From the human T2T-CHM13v2.0 reference genome, Homo sapiens: a stretch of DNA of 64,000 bases. The notes under the pieces are model-generated. The model made no database searches. It was not told the origin of the DNA and worked only from the letters and a program-made list of their open reading frames with translations. Every line of letters begins with the position of its first letter. The first letter of the stretch is position 1. The stretch lies in the NCBI RefSeq assembly GCF_009914755.1, contig NC_060927.1; one strand, given 5' to 3'. Positions 43,235 through 55,230 of the stretch are shown in pieces. A program made the translations under genes and the position numbers.

Positions 43235-45434
43235 TATACACCCATCACCCTCCTCTGTATACCAAACACAGACCGCTTGTCTCTGGCTTTTCACCCTCAA
43301 CATTGAAGTTTTCTTTATTTAGCAGTAAGGTTTCTTTATTATCCCCTGAAAATAGAAGTTGCCCAGGGAAAGGTGGCAGGTTACATCACTTCATGGTGCC
43401 TGAGAGGAAGTAAAGTGTTGCCTGCTTGTTTGAGAGCAAATTTGGAGGTGGGAGGTAAAGAGAAGGAAGACATGAGGGCAGTTTGCAGGAGGAGCAAAGA
43501 CAGAGAACACTGGAAAGGCTTGGCCCAGACTCAATTAAGGCACAGAATTTCATTCTGGAAGCACAGCCCCGGGTAAGGGGGAGGTCTGCGGGTCCTCTTA
43601 GAGCCGTCGGGCATCTCCATTCCTGTCTTGCCCTCTTCAACCACACCTGAGGTATATTTTGAAACTGTATGTTATGGCCCTAGGTGCTTGGCTTAAGGTT
43701 CTGTCCGCAGAGAAGGAGACCCAGGCTGGTTGGTCTCCAGTAGACACTGGGTGAGGGACAAATGGACACCTGATTAGAATATAATTTAAATGTTCTCCAG
43801 TTTGATGGTGCTGTCTAGAAAGTTCTGTTGGTCACAAGGGCTCGTATTTGACACAAAGAAATGTTTGATTTGGTGACAACTATGTGTTTATTGTAATCCC
43901 ACTATGCGTTGAAAACTGGATTCGGTTTTTCAACACACAGTGGAATCACAGCCAATATGTGCCCAAATGTATTGAGAATATCACTGGTTTCCAGTAAGTT
44001 TCCCCAATGTTGTCAGAAGCATTATTTCTTTGCATATATGGAATTGAGGGATGTCCTCCCAGGGGAATGGTTCTCTGCCCTTGTTTGTACTTGATTTCTC
44101 ATCTAATGGGGGTAAGAATCACATTCTTATAAATAGAAAGACTTTTTCAAACACAGGGTGTGATCATTGTCTCAAGGAAGTGTGGGTAAGTTTTTTGGCA
44201 AAGCGAATGATATGAATTATCACCTCCAGGTAGTTTGATTTTGGCAGCTGTCATACGAGGAAAACAAGGGAGATACGGAAATTCCTTTTTAAAGACTCAC
44301 GAATTCAAGATTTATAGAAGTAAAATGATTTGGCAACATCAATGGCTAATTAGGGGTTGTGCTGGAAATAGAACCTGGCTGTACTGTTTCTAAGGGGAGT
44401 GCCCTTATTACCATAGCATGCTATTCTTTGGAGAGGGGTTTTTCACCAGCTGAACTGAATAAACTACAAATTAGGATTGTCTGAAAGTGAGGGACAATGT
44501 TTACCCCACATACTTTATGTGGTTCCCTCAAAAAAGGCTTAACGAATGTTTTTTGAAAATGGTAAGCAAATAGCTTTCTTCTTATTTTCCTATTTGAATA
44601 AAGAATCAGCCCTCACTCACACTTTCGGAGCTAAAGGGGGAAAAAATAACCATAAAACTTCTGCAGCAATTTTTACAAACTTTTTCTCTTGTTCACAGGA
44701 CCTATTAGTAACATTGCATTATTTTTTTAAATGGACCATTTTTAGCGATAGTAGAAGGGAGAAATCTCTCATTCCCATTCCTATATAAAGTACAATTTAA
44801 AAACTGCCTCTTTAAAAAGTTGTAGCATTACATCCTATGGGCAATGCCTAAGGCTGAAGCACAATGAATTTTCTGTGGGGTTTCACTGCTGTGACCTCGA
44901 TATACTATAGGTTGTTCACTGCAGCTAGGAAGGAATTTGTTTAAAAAGCGCAAGAAATTCTTGAAGTATCCAAGAAGCATTTGAAATCAGAACTGCTACC
45001 TTTCCCTCCACACAATGTGTGGCTGATAACAAACATGCACTTTCTGAGGAATTTGAGCTTAGGTAGTTAACCGACAGTTCTAATGGACTCCAGAAGACGT
45101 ACAACCAAATAATAATGACCTACTTTTGTTACCACGGCACCCAGCATAAATGATCATTTTAAACTGCTTGGAAAATCAAACTGTTCAGAAAGTACTTTTA
45201 CAGTCAAGGTCAAGGTGTAGGCCAGAAAAATAAGATGTAAAGGATAATTTAATCAGAACCTTTCTCCAACAGACATTAGGGTTAGATTTGCAAAGTACCA
45301 GCAGCCCCACTGGAACCACCATCTTCTCCATCTTGGTAGAATAAAGATGAAGCTCCTAAGTAATTGAGTACAAATCTTTTTTATCTCATAAAAGTTAAGG
45401 ACTGAAACCAGACTGACAAGCTCCTTCAAAAGTT

Positions 45435-45556
45435 TTCCCTTTACCCTTCTCTTCCCCCCTCCCTTCCTCCCTCCCTGCCTCCCTCCTTCCTCCCTCCCTC
45501 CTTCCTTCCTTCTTTCTTCCTCTTCCTATCCTCTTCTTTCTGTCCCTTTTTCCTCC
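45435..45556. repeat. Polypyrimidine (CT-rich) low-complexity tract
   Basis: cctcccttcc-type repeats. Confidence 0.85.
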
Positions 45557-45585
45557 CATGTTTTTATTTTTCTTTTTTATCATTA

Positions 45586-45877
45586 TTTTTTTTCATGAGA
45601 TACAGTCTCGCTTTGTCACCCAGGCTGGAGTGCAGAGGCACAATCTTGGTTCACTGCAACCTCTGCCTCCTGGGTTCAAGTGAGTCTCCTGCCTCAGCCT
45701 CCTGAGTAGCTGAGATTACAGGTGCTCACCATCACACCCAGCTAATTTTTGTATATTTATAGAGACAGGGTTTCATCATGTTGGCCCGACTGGTCTCAAA
45801 CTCCTGACCTCAGGTGATCCACCCCCCTCAGCCTCCCAAAGTGCTGGGATTATAGGCTTGAGCCACCACGTCCAGCC
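45586..45877 (-). mobile_element. Alu (AluSx-like)
   Basis: Antisense full-length Alu. Confidence 0.93.
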
Positions 45878-46349
45878 CTTTGTATATTTTTAAAAGGTCT
45901 TCTTTTCTAGCTCTTGGAAATAAAATCAGAAATTATACTTTATGTGGAAAATTTCAGTGTACCTCATAACATTATAAAGTGTTCTGACAAAGCTCTTCAA
46001 AAGTCCATATGTTCATGGTGTTAAATAGATGAGGGGAAAATAGAACACTCAAAGATCTAGCTCAGAAAGAAAATTCTCAGAATGCTAGGTTATCCTGTTC
46101 ATTTTGGAGGCAACACAAGACAGGCAGAATGAAAGTGTGGTGTCATTTTGAGGGGAGAGGCAGAGGACAGAAGGGGCAGAGAGAGCCGGTGTGGAAAGAG
46201 TGGAGATAGGATGAAGGTAGGAGGTATTTATGTGACACCAAATCACCCCTGCCTCCCATACTCAAAAACAAGCTCCTTGAGGTCAGAAATTTCACCTTCA
46301 TTGTCTTCATAGACCCCCCTCAGCAAACATAGCTTCGGGCTCATGCCTT

Positions 46350-47465
46350 CATGAATTGACTCATTCATTTATTCACATATTTTCTGAGCACTTACTATGT
46401 AGACTTTCAACAACCAGTATTTATTGTGTGCTGTTTTGGATGAAAGTCAGCATAGACTAAAGGGTTCCTGATGTCCTGAAGTTTATGTTCAGGGTTGGGA
46501 GAGGGTAGACACAGGCAGATAATAAGCAATTTTACATAAATAGAAGGTGGTCATCACTGCTTAGAACTGTGCTGTATAATGTGGTAGCCATGTAAATATA
46601 AATATGAAGCTGAGCATCATGGAGGTAAAGGGGTCTATTTTATGAAAAGTGGTCACGGATGGTCTGTCTGGCAAGGTAACATTTGGGCAGGGACCTAAAG
46701 GAAGTGAGCAAGTGAGCAGGCAGATATCAAAGGAAAAGTGTTCCAGGCAGAGAACAGCAGTTGCAAAGCTCTGAGCTGTAGGCTAGGGGGTGAGTGGTAA
46801 ACAAAACAGACACAGTCATGGTTCATCCTCTTGGCGTTTTCATTTATATGGAAGGTAGACATTAATCTAGGCAACAAAGAAATGCATAATTAACAATCAA
46901 GCTGTGATAGAGAATAAGTAGGGGAAGGGACTTAGGACTGGCTGATGAGGGAAGCCTCATGGAGGAGGTGTGAAGCCTGAGCACAAGTATGGAGAGAAGA
47001 GGGCATTCCAGGTAGGAGAGCAAAGGGGAGAAGTTTCCTGGGCTGGAATAAGTCTTCTGGGAACCCAAATGAAAGAAGACTGCTGGGGCTGGAATATAGT
47101 AAGTGAGGAAGGAAGTGGTCCAATATGTCATTGAAGAGGAAGCCAAAGGGTGGTGTTCTTGTAGCCCACCTGAAGGAGTTTGATTTTTATTCTCAGTGCA
47201 GTGTAGCCCATTGATAAGTGATAAACATTGAGTGACATGATCACATTTGCAGTTTGAATATACTGATTGTGTATTCTACTGTGTGGAGAATAGATTGGGC
47301 AAGGGGCTGGGAATGGAAGTGGGGTGGTTAGTTAAGTTGTCCAGGCAAAGCATAATGATGGCTTGGACTAATGGAGTTAAAAGAGAAATGAAAAATTAAG
47401 TTAAATTTAAAAATAAAGAGAAGTGAATGGATTTTGATAAATAAATTAGAGATAGAACCAACATT
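46350..47465 (-). mobile_element. L2 fragments
   Basis: cattcatttattcac...tgagcacttactatgt; ttccaggcagagaacagcagttgcaaag; gagtttgatttttattctcagtgc; gagtgacatgatc. Confidence 0.7.
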
Positions 47466-47497
47466 AAATAGCACATAAAAGGTACATGGAGAATGTT

Positions 47498-47557
47498 AGA
47501 TGGACTGGATGGACGGATGGATGGCTGGATGGATGGATGAGTGGGTGAATGAATGGC
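47498..47557. repeat. (GGAT)n-like imperfect tetranucleotide repeat
   Basis: Direct read. Confidence 0.85.
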
Positions 47558-47909
47558 TGGTTACTAGTTCTCTGGCTTCCAATGCAATTCTGGCAGGCCA
47601 CTCTCAAACTTTAAAGAGAACAGGGTGATATCTAAGCTGGTACTTAGCGGTGTTCCCCTTCTTCAGGTAGATCTTTAGTTTCCCATGATTCCTTACTCAT
47701 GATTTTAATAATGGAGTTCTGCTGGTGAAGGTATCATATTATTTGCCAATGAATGTTCTTGCCAGAAAACCTTACTGATAATTAAGCATGCAACTGGAAG
47801 CAGGGTGTGTGTGGGAGGTGGGGATGAGGGGCAGGTGTATGTTTATGTGTTTGTGTGTAATTACTACTTTATTCAGTGTCAGCAGTGGGAAAGATTGAGT
47901 TACTTAGAG

Positions 47910-48070
47910 CAGTGCTTCTCAAATGGACTATGTACACCAGTCATCTGGGGATCTTGATAAAATGCACATTCTGAATTGGCAGGTCTGGAAGGGGACCTGA
48001 CATTCTGGATTCCAACAGTCTCCTACATCGTGCTGATCCTTCTGGTCCTCAGGTCCTTCTTTGAGCAGCA
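47910..48070. mobile_element. MER5A/B-like MITE
   Basis: cagtgcttctcaaa...catctggggatcttgataaaatgcacattctga...ctttgagcagca. Confidence 0.7.
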
Positions 48071-49944
48071 CGGGCTTAGAGCAGTGATCAGCAAGTGGCT
48101 AGATGGCAAATATTTGCAGCTCTGCAGGCAACAGCTCCAGAAATGCCCTGTGAGCTGCCTTCTCATGTAAACCCAGCAGTGGGCCTTTGTCTGTGACTCG
48201 ATTTCCTCCTTAGGGAGACCTAGCTGGCGAGGCCTGCAACTGAGAAACACCAAAAATGGTAGTGAAAGAGCATTGTATTTTTCAACTAAACCAATTTCCT
48301 TTAGGATAGAGGTCAAAAAAGCTGTGCTTTGAAATTAGTCAGCTGTGGGTTCAATTCCATCTCCAAATTGTCTGTGAACTGGAGTTTCCTTAAGTACAAA
48401 ATGGGGCTGAGCTGACCTTGGTAGTGTGTTATGTTCATACATGCTTGTACATGAAGCATTTAGTCCCAAACCATCCAAGCACAGGGTAAATGAAACAAAG
48501 GACAACTAGTATACCCTTATGTTTTAAGGTAAAAAGGGTTTTTTGAGGTTTTCGAGGGTAGATAGATGCTCTTGGCATTCCTCTAACAAACCTAAATGTG
48601 ATTATTTCTCCTGAGTGACTAAAACTGTAAAACTAACTGTGATTATCTTTGCTTCTATGGATTTAAGAGAAAACAAAACAACTCACTCTGTAAACCTCCA
48701 AAGAAAAGCCCTCCCCTTCGCCCCCCACAGATTTTCTTGCTGTTTGTTTCTTTACCTCAGTGTCTCCTACTCAAAGCATAATGAGTGCTGTTTTTGCTCC
48801 AGCAACAAGGCCCTGCACAAAGCCAGGCGGGAGGCCTGTGGATGAGGTGCTCTGCAAGCTGAGCCAGAAGCCTTAGGAAAATGCTTGCCAAACACTGATG
48901 TTTGACTAATTGGTAATGTCTGCGGAGTTGGCACCAGGAGAAAAGAAAGTAAAGAGGCTGGTGGATGTTGAGGAAGGAAGACAGACAGACTTGAAGCCAA
49001 GCCTCGAGTGTTTGGAGAAAGAGCCTGCCCACCATGGAGTTCAAGGAAGCTTGTCAAACTGTTTTGAAATGGTCGGTTAAACCCCTGAAGGACAGTGTGC
49101 CCAGATGGCCAGCATTTGATTTAGCTGTTCAGGACAGCAAGAGACTGAGACAGGAAGATGAGCAAAGTCTCAGATGTGCCCTCCTGAGTCCAGACAGCTT
49201 GGTGTAAAATTGTCCTGTGAAACCCTGTTATAACATTTTAGTGGCACCAAAAAAGGGTGCTGGGACAGGGGAAATTCCAGCATGGGCCCCATGCTGTGTT
49301 TGGAACCAGCCATCCTCTGATTGTTGAACTGAGGTAACTCACCCAGATGTTTCCCTCTTTCAGGCTTAGTGTCCTCTGGAGGAGGAGTAGAAGGAAGGGA
49401 GGACTCCCCTCCTGCCATGTGATTCAGCACTGGCCAGTCCAGTGGATAGGATCCAATCAGGTGGGATCTCAAAGCAGTCTCCTTCCCCTTACCTCCTCCT
49501 GAGGGATGGAAGGGCCCATTCCTCTCAAGGGGCTTCCATGTTCCCCATGGTAGGGAGGGTAGAGATGGCTGCCTTAGGAGAAAAAAGATTCTTATTTCTC
49601 CTCTATTTGCATCTGTCCAGAGGACTACTCCACACAGAGTAGTCTGATGTGTCCACTTTCAGAAGCAGCAACTTTTAAAACGCAGCCAAACATGAAGACT
49701 CGCCTCCCTAGGAACCCTTCTCTGGATCCGTTCTCATCTTTGCAAGTTAGCATTGATTGGGCCTCACCTCCTTCAGCCATGCTACTCTCTTAGGTTATCT
49801 CTTGGTCAGAGTGGTCTTTCTGAAGCTAAATCAATAAATAATAATCAATGTGTGGCTCTCTCCTGCTCAAAATTGTTCAATTGTTCAATTTTGAGCAGGA
49901 GAGAGCTCAAACGTGACAATGAGATGAGGAGTAATTAGAATATT

Positions 49945-50720
49945 ACAGCTGGTTGGAGGATAAGTGGATACAACAGTTTTGAAAAACAATTTAGCATTAG
50001 TTAGTAAAGTGAAAGAGGCATATACCTAGTGACCCAGAAAAAAATATAGCTATTGCCTAGGTATGTGTATGTGTACATGTGATGTGTGTATATATACACA
50101 TCTAGTATATACATATACATCCTAGAAAAATGTGTACAAGAATGTTCCTAGCAACACTATTCAAATCAGCAATAGAATGCATAAATTCAAACAATGAAAT
50201 ACTATACAACAATGAAATTGTATAGTAGAAAAACATGGATGAGGCTTAGGATTCATCCTAACATAGGGTCAGCAACAGAAGCATCTGTCTCTGACAACTA
50301 AAAACACATATGTTTTATATAAATCTCAAAACATGCAAAACAACCTTTTCCTTAATGGATAGAAATGTGATAAAATTCAGAAGGAAACTGAGGAAATGAT
50401 GAAATGGACGATGGAGTTACTTCTGAAGGAGGAGGAAATGGGAAAGGAAACTTCAAAGGAAAACATGATATGCTTTGTCTTAAAAGTATGTGAGGGAACT
50501 TCGGGGGTGTTGGAACTATTCCATATCTTGATCATAGTGGTTTTCCCATGACTGTATACATTTGTTAAAACTCATAGAACTGTATGCCAAAAAGGGTGAA
50601 TTTTGTAGGAGGTAAAGTATAGCTCAGTTGAAAATACCCATGTTAAAGAAAAGTATATGGCGGACACACAGATAATATTTATTATATATTTTTATATACC
50701 TTATGTATAACTTATATTCT
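49945..50720 (+). mobile_element. L1M 3' fragments
   Basis: ttgaaaaacaatttagcatta...caagaatgttcctagcaacact...tacatttgttaaaactcatagaactgta. Confidence 0.7.
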
Positions 50721-51179
50721 TTTACAGCTACGCAAGGTACTCAAAAAAGTGATTTTTAAAACCCCTCAGTGGCTCGCTATTTTCTCGGGTTAGGGTCAGA
50801 TTGTTTATGTGGCCTGTGTTGCCCTTCATGTCCTGGCCCCTGCTCGCCTCCCCTCCCTGAGCAACCCACGGACCCGTGGCTGCCTCTCCCCTTCATACTA
50901 TGATTACTGTCTCAGCGCTGACCTTGCTGGATTGCAGCTGTCTGTGGACTTCTCTATGTCCCACTAGACTGAAGGCTGCCTGAGTGTTATCTACCCCTTA
51001 TATCCCCTGGGTCTGGCACATCATAGGAGTTCAGAAGGACTTGTGAAGTTTTGTTGAGATATGCAGGAATCCCCTTTGATTCCGTAGGGGGAAAAACAAT
51101 GGGAAGAAATGGGTAAGAGGTGGAGAGTCTACATGGTGATAATTACTTCAGACTTGGCCAGTTCTACAGGCCAAGGGTT

Positions 51180-51687
51180 TGATATCCTATTACTGTGGTA
51201 ACAAATTACCGCACATTTAGCGGCTTGAACTAACACAAGTTTACTATCTTGTAGTTCTGGAGGTCTGACGTCCACAATGGGTCTCACTGAACTAAGATCA
51301 AGAATTTGGCAGCGCTGCATTCCTTTTTGGAGGCTCTAGGGGAGAAACCACTTTCTTGTCATTTCCAGCTCCTAGAAGCTGCCTGCATTCTTTGACTTGT
51401 GGCCACTTCCATCTTCAAAGCCAGCCATGGCCAGAGTCTTTCTCACATTACATTGCTCTGATTGTAACTCTTCAGGCTTCCTCTTCCACTTTAAAGGAGT
51501 CTTGTAATTACAGCAGGCCCACCTGGATTTTCCAGGATAATCTTATTTTAGGATCAGCTGATTAGTAATCTCAATTCCATCTGCAACTTAAATTTCCCCT
51601 TGCCACATAACATATTCACAGCTTCTGGAGATTATGATGTGGACATCTTTGAGTGGGATGGGGGAGGCATTACTCTGCCTACTGCCT
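51180..51687 (-). mobile_element. MLT1D-like MaLR LTR
   Basis: gtaacaaattacc...agttctggaggtc...ggaggctctaggggagaa...catctgcaacttaaatt...ggacatcttt. Confidence 0.85.
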
Positions 51688-51794
51688 ACGGTGAAGAACT
51701 AAAAAAATTATCCATTGAAATTTAAGAGAGTGACAGCATGTAGCAAATGCCACTTCCTGGTTTCAGGATCATATGGACTTACGTTTTAACTTTT

Positions 51795-52195
51795 ATACCC
51801 TAGGAGCAAACCCTAAGACAAGGATTTGAATGCATATAGTTTTTGTTTAGTTTGTGTGTTTGTTTTACATAATTGCCGGAAACACAGGTGGAGAAATAGA
51901 AAGAGATAAGGAAGTAAAGATAGCCAATGAAGAGTGTGTTTTAAGTTAGTTATTCTGTGTGCAAGTAGAACTTAACCTGGGGAACTATGAGAAGCAATGA
52001 AAAATACAAGCCTCAGAGTTATCTCAATCCCAATAAGCACCAGTTAAGGGCTGAGGGCTGCTCTTAGGAGAACTTCATTCCGAAGACCTGTGAACCACAT
52101 GGGTTCCAGGGCCAAAGAAAGCCCACAAGCAAAGAGATACAAGTGTGGGTAGTTGGAAGTCAGGGCAGGACACTCTGAGAAAGTCAAGGCCAAGG
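51795..52195. mobile_element. MLT1I/J-like LTR fragment
   Basis: agcaaaccctaagacaaggatttgaatgca...agcctcagagttatc. Confidence 0.55.
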
Positions 52196-52210
52196 GGGAG
52201 ATCGATATAC

Positions 52211-52237
52211 AGATAGATAGGTAGATAGATAGATAGG

Positions 52238-52273
<36 letters not shown>

Positions 52274-52295
52274 AGATAGATAGATACAGATAGAT
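52211..52295. repeat. Compound (GATA)n tetranucleotide STR, followed by a (TG)n-like run
   Basis: Direct read; interrupted by GGTA units. Confidence 0.95.
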
Positions 52296-52355
52296 TTATA
52301 TATGTGTGTTTGTGTGTGTGCGTGCGTGTGTATATCTCAAATTATTAAAGTCTTC

Positions 52356-53516
52356 TGGTAGTTTCTCTGGTGATAATGTATTTAATCTTTGTAGCACTTT
52401 GCCTCCCAAGAGCAATGTATGTTTGAAATCTGCCATAAATAATGTGAAAATGCTTGACCAACTGATTTGGTTAGCAAACGCTCTCTGGCTAACATCCAGA
52501 AGTGCTACAGTTTTCTGTATTTTTTATTTTGATAAATTTTGTTGTAGAACAAGAAAAAGATATAGACACTTTAAAAAAAAAAAAAAAAAAGCAGATACCA
52601 CTTTCATGGCCTGCAAATTATAAAAATTTTGTGTCAGAATTCTTTTCTGCCAGGTAGGAATTTGAGAGGGGCAAAGAAGAGCTCGATTTAATTTCCCTCA
52701 GGGTCTTTGCTGAAGGGAGAAGAACAGAAATCTGGATTCAGTTTTGTTAGTAAAAATAATCTTTCCACCAGAAAATGTAAAAAGCTACATTGTTCAGGAT
52801 ATTTGGACCTATTCATTTCAATACAGTCTGATAGGTGGGGGTGGGGAGGGGAGATTTTGAGCTGTGCAGTTTTAATGAAATGTTTAAGGCTGAAATAATG
52901 GTTCTATACAGCTCTTGACATGATTTATTTTATTTTGTGTCAATTTGCCTAAAATGTGTAATGTTGTGGCATTCCACTGAGGGAGGGCTGCAAAGGGCTC
53001 TCACTGAGTCATGGATTATAATTTACATCTAGAAAGTCTACACATTCCATAATTATGGTGTGCTATGAATTAGTAGAGTAATATTGAATATCCCTAAACC
53101 CCTTATTATGGCTTCTCACTTGAAATATGTTTTCAATATACATTTATTCAGCAGTGCTTAAACATGGCAAGTCATAAACACATGCTTTTTAAATCATGTG
53201 GCTACATTTTCTTCCTGCTTAAATGTAAGATCAGATGTTATTAACAGCAGAGGGGCAGGAGACGAAAGGAGAGTGAAGCTGTTAAAAAACAAATAGCACT
53301 TTTCATTTTAAAAGATATGTCTCCTATTTATGATACTGTTTCCCCAAAGCAAAAGACGGAAGAGTATTTTAGAGTGTCGTGGTAGTTTCTCTAGTGATAA
53401 TTTATTTTATCTTTGTAGCACTTTGCCTCCCAAGAGTGTTTGAAATCTGCCATATATAATGTGGAAATGCTTGACCAACTGATTTGGTTAGCAAATGGCC
53501 TCTGGCTAACATCCAG
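52356..53516. repeat. Dispersed direct duplication: 52356-52499 and 53380-53516
   Basis: Manual alignment gives 8 substitutions and one 7-nt indel over 137 aligned nt. Confidence 0.92.
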
Positions 53517-53786
53517 GAAGAGGAGCTAAATATTTAACTCTCAAATTATTATGAACATGGTCCAAATGTCTGGAGCCCTAAAGAGGCTTCCTATAACTGC
53601 TTCTAATGTGAGAATTTAACTTCATTCTTTGTTGAGAGTGGCTCAGACACCGAGCCACAAGATGAGAGAATTCCTCCCAGGGAATACAACTGGGCATTTT
53701 GGAAAGAAAGGCATTGCTTTTCAGGACATTTAAAGTTCACTTCAGAGGCTGGCCTCAGTACTCTTGAACCAACTTGAGTCCTATGC

Positions 53787-53820
53787 TTGCAATTCAGCAT
53801 GCTGACACTAGGTGGCAGGC
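53787..53820 (+). promoter_or_regulatory. Extended CTCF site (upstream motif plus core)
   Basis: TTGCAATTCA-5nt-ctgACACTAGGTGGCAG; core is one mismatch from CCACTAGGTGGCAG. Confidence 0.6.
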
Positions 53821-54997
53821 AAAACTGAGGTCATGCCAAACTTGTATAGCTAATGAGCCAGAAGGTATTATATTAAAAACTCAAAGAGAATTCTTTGTGA
53901 AAGAATAATATTTGCCAAAAATACTCTAGAGGCTGCCTCCACTTTTAAATCTAATGCATTCATTGTAAAGGCCATGTTAATGCACACTAACAAAAAGCTC
54001 TATTTTTATAAATAAAGTGAAAATATGCAGTTTTATGGGAAGGGGACACATTACTTTGTTTATATAACAATAATATTATACTTTATACCACTATTCAATA
54101 AGGTATAATAAGTTCTGTAAATGTGGTTATGTTTTGCTAGCCCTGAAAAAATATGAAATCCCATAGATAAATATATTGGTATCAGGAAATACTGGAATGT
54201 GAGAGGACTGTAATAGCACCAAAGTCAATCGAAAACACTAATGAGCCAAACTTAATGTGTCATTAGTTGCCTGGATAGTGGTGTATTATTTCACAAAAGG
54301 ATAGCATTGTTTATTATTTTGCATCTTGGGCTTTTAGTTCTCCATGGGTAGTATAGCACATGGAATGCAAGATAAAGTTTGGATATGTTTGATTAGTGAG
54401 AAGTGAGGGAGGAGATTGTATCTTATGTGCCAGCCAGTAGAGTAAGTACTTACTTTGCAAACGATATATCTAGGTTTCTACTTTGTTGCTTTCATTCTGC
54501 CCAGTCATTGGCAGAAATCATAAAACGATCCCATAGAGGGAGCAAAAAGAACCCACATGATTCTATTAGACAATGCTAAATGAAAAAGAAAACCAATTAA
54601 CAAAGTTTAAGTTTAAAGCAGGGACTATCTGTATAAATAAGTTTTAAATTATGTAATTGAAAGCATGATTTAAAGTAATGTAAACTCTTGGGCAAGAGTA
54701 AATGCCTTACTTCCTAACACTTCAATGCTTTGAATAAATCTTTAAATCCTGGTTTTCTCACTTGTGATGGTGAGACTCATTCCTGTTGAAACTTTCAGTG
54801 CTCTTAGGGGGCTTCTCAGAGTTCTTCCTCAGAAGCAGCAATAAGTCCTTGCTCATGTCTAGCAATTTAAGAAATGCTTTTACTATGTGCCAGTTGAAGA
54901 AATGCCTGACTTTATTTGGCTCAATGCAGCTCCAACTTCCTAGAGAATTAAAGGTTCAGTTTATTCTTTTATAATCAATCATCAGAAAATGAGATTA

Positions 54998-55230
54998 TTA
55001 ACAGTATAGACTTTGGAATCAGTCCATGTTAGCTGAAAACCCAGCTTCACCATTTGTTGACCTAAGACTTTGAGCAAATAACCAAGAGCATTTGTAAAAT
55101 GTGAGTAATCATAGTACCTACCTTAACAGTAGAGAAGTTTGGATGGGTACCTATGTACCGTGCTTGGGTACTTTGTACCTGGTATATAGTAAGTACTACA
55201 TTCAATAAATATTAATTATTATTACTATTA
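54998..55230 (+). mobile_element. MIR SINE
   Basis: agactttggaatcag...tgtaaaatgtgagtaatcatagtacctacc. Confidence 0.65.

Noticed and set aside
52356-53516. The duplicated blocks as LTRs of a mini-retroelement
   Set aside because: No clean TG...CA termini, primer-binding site or 4-6 bp TSD recognisable.
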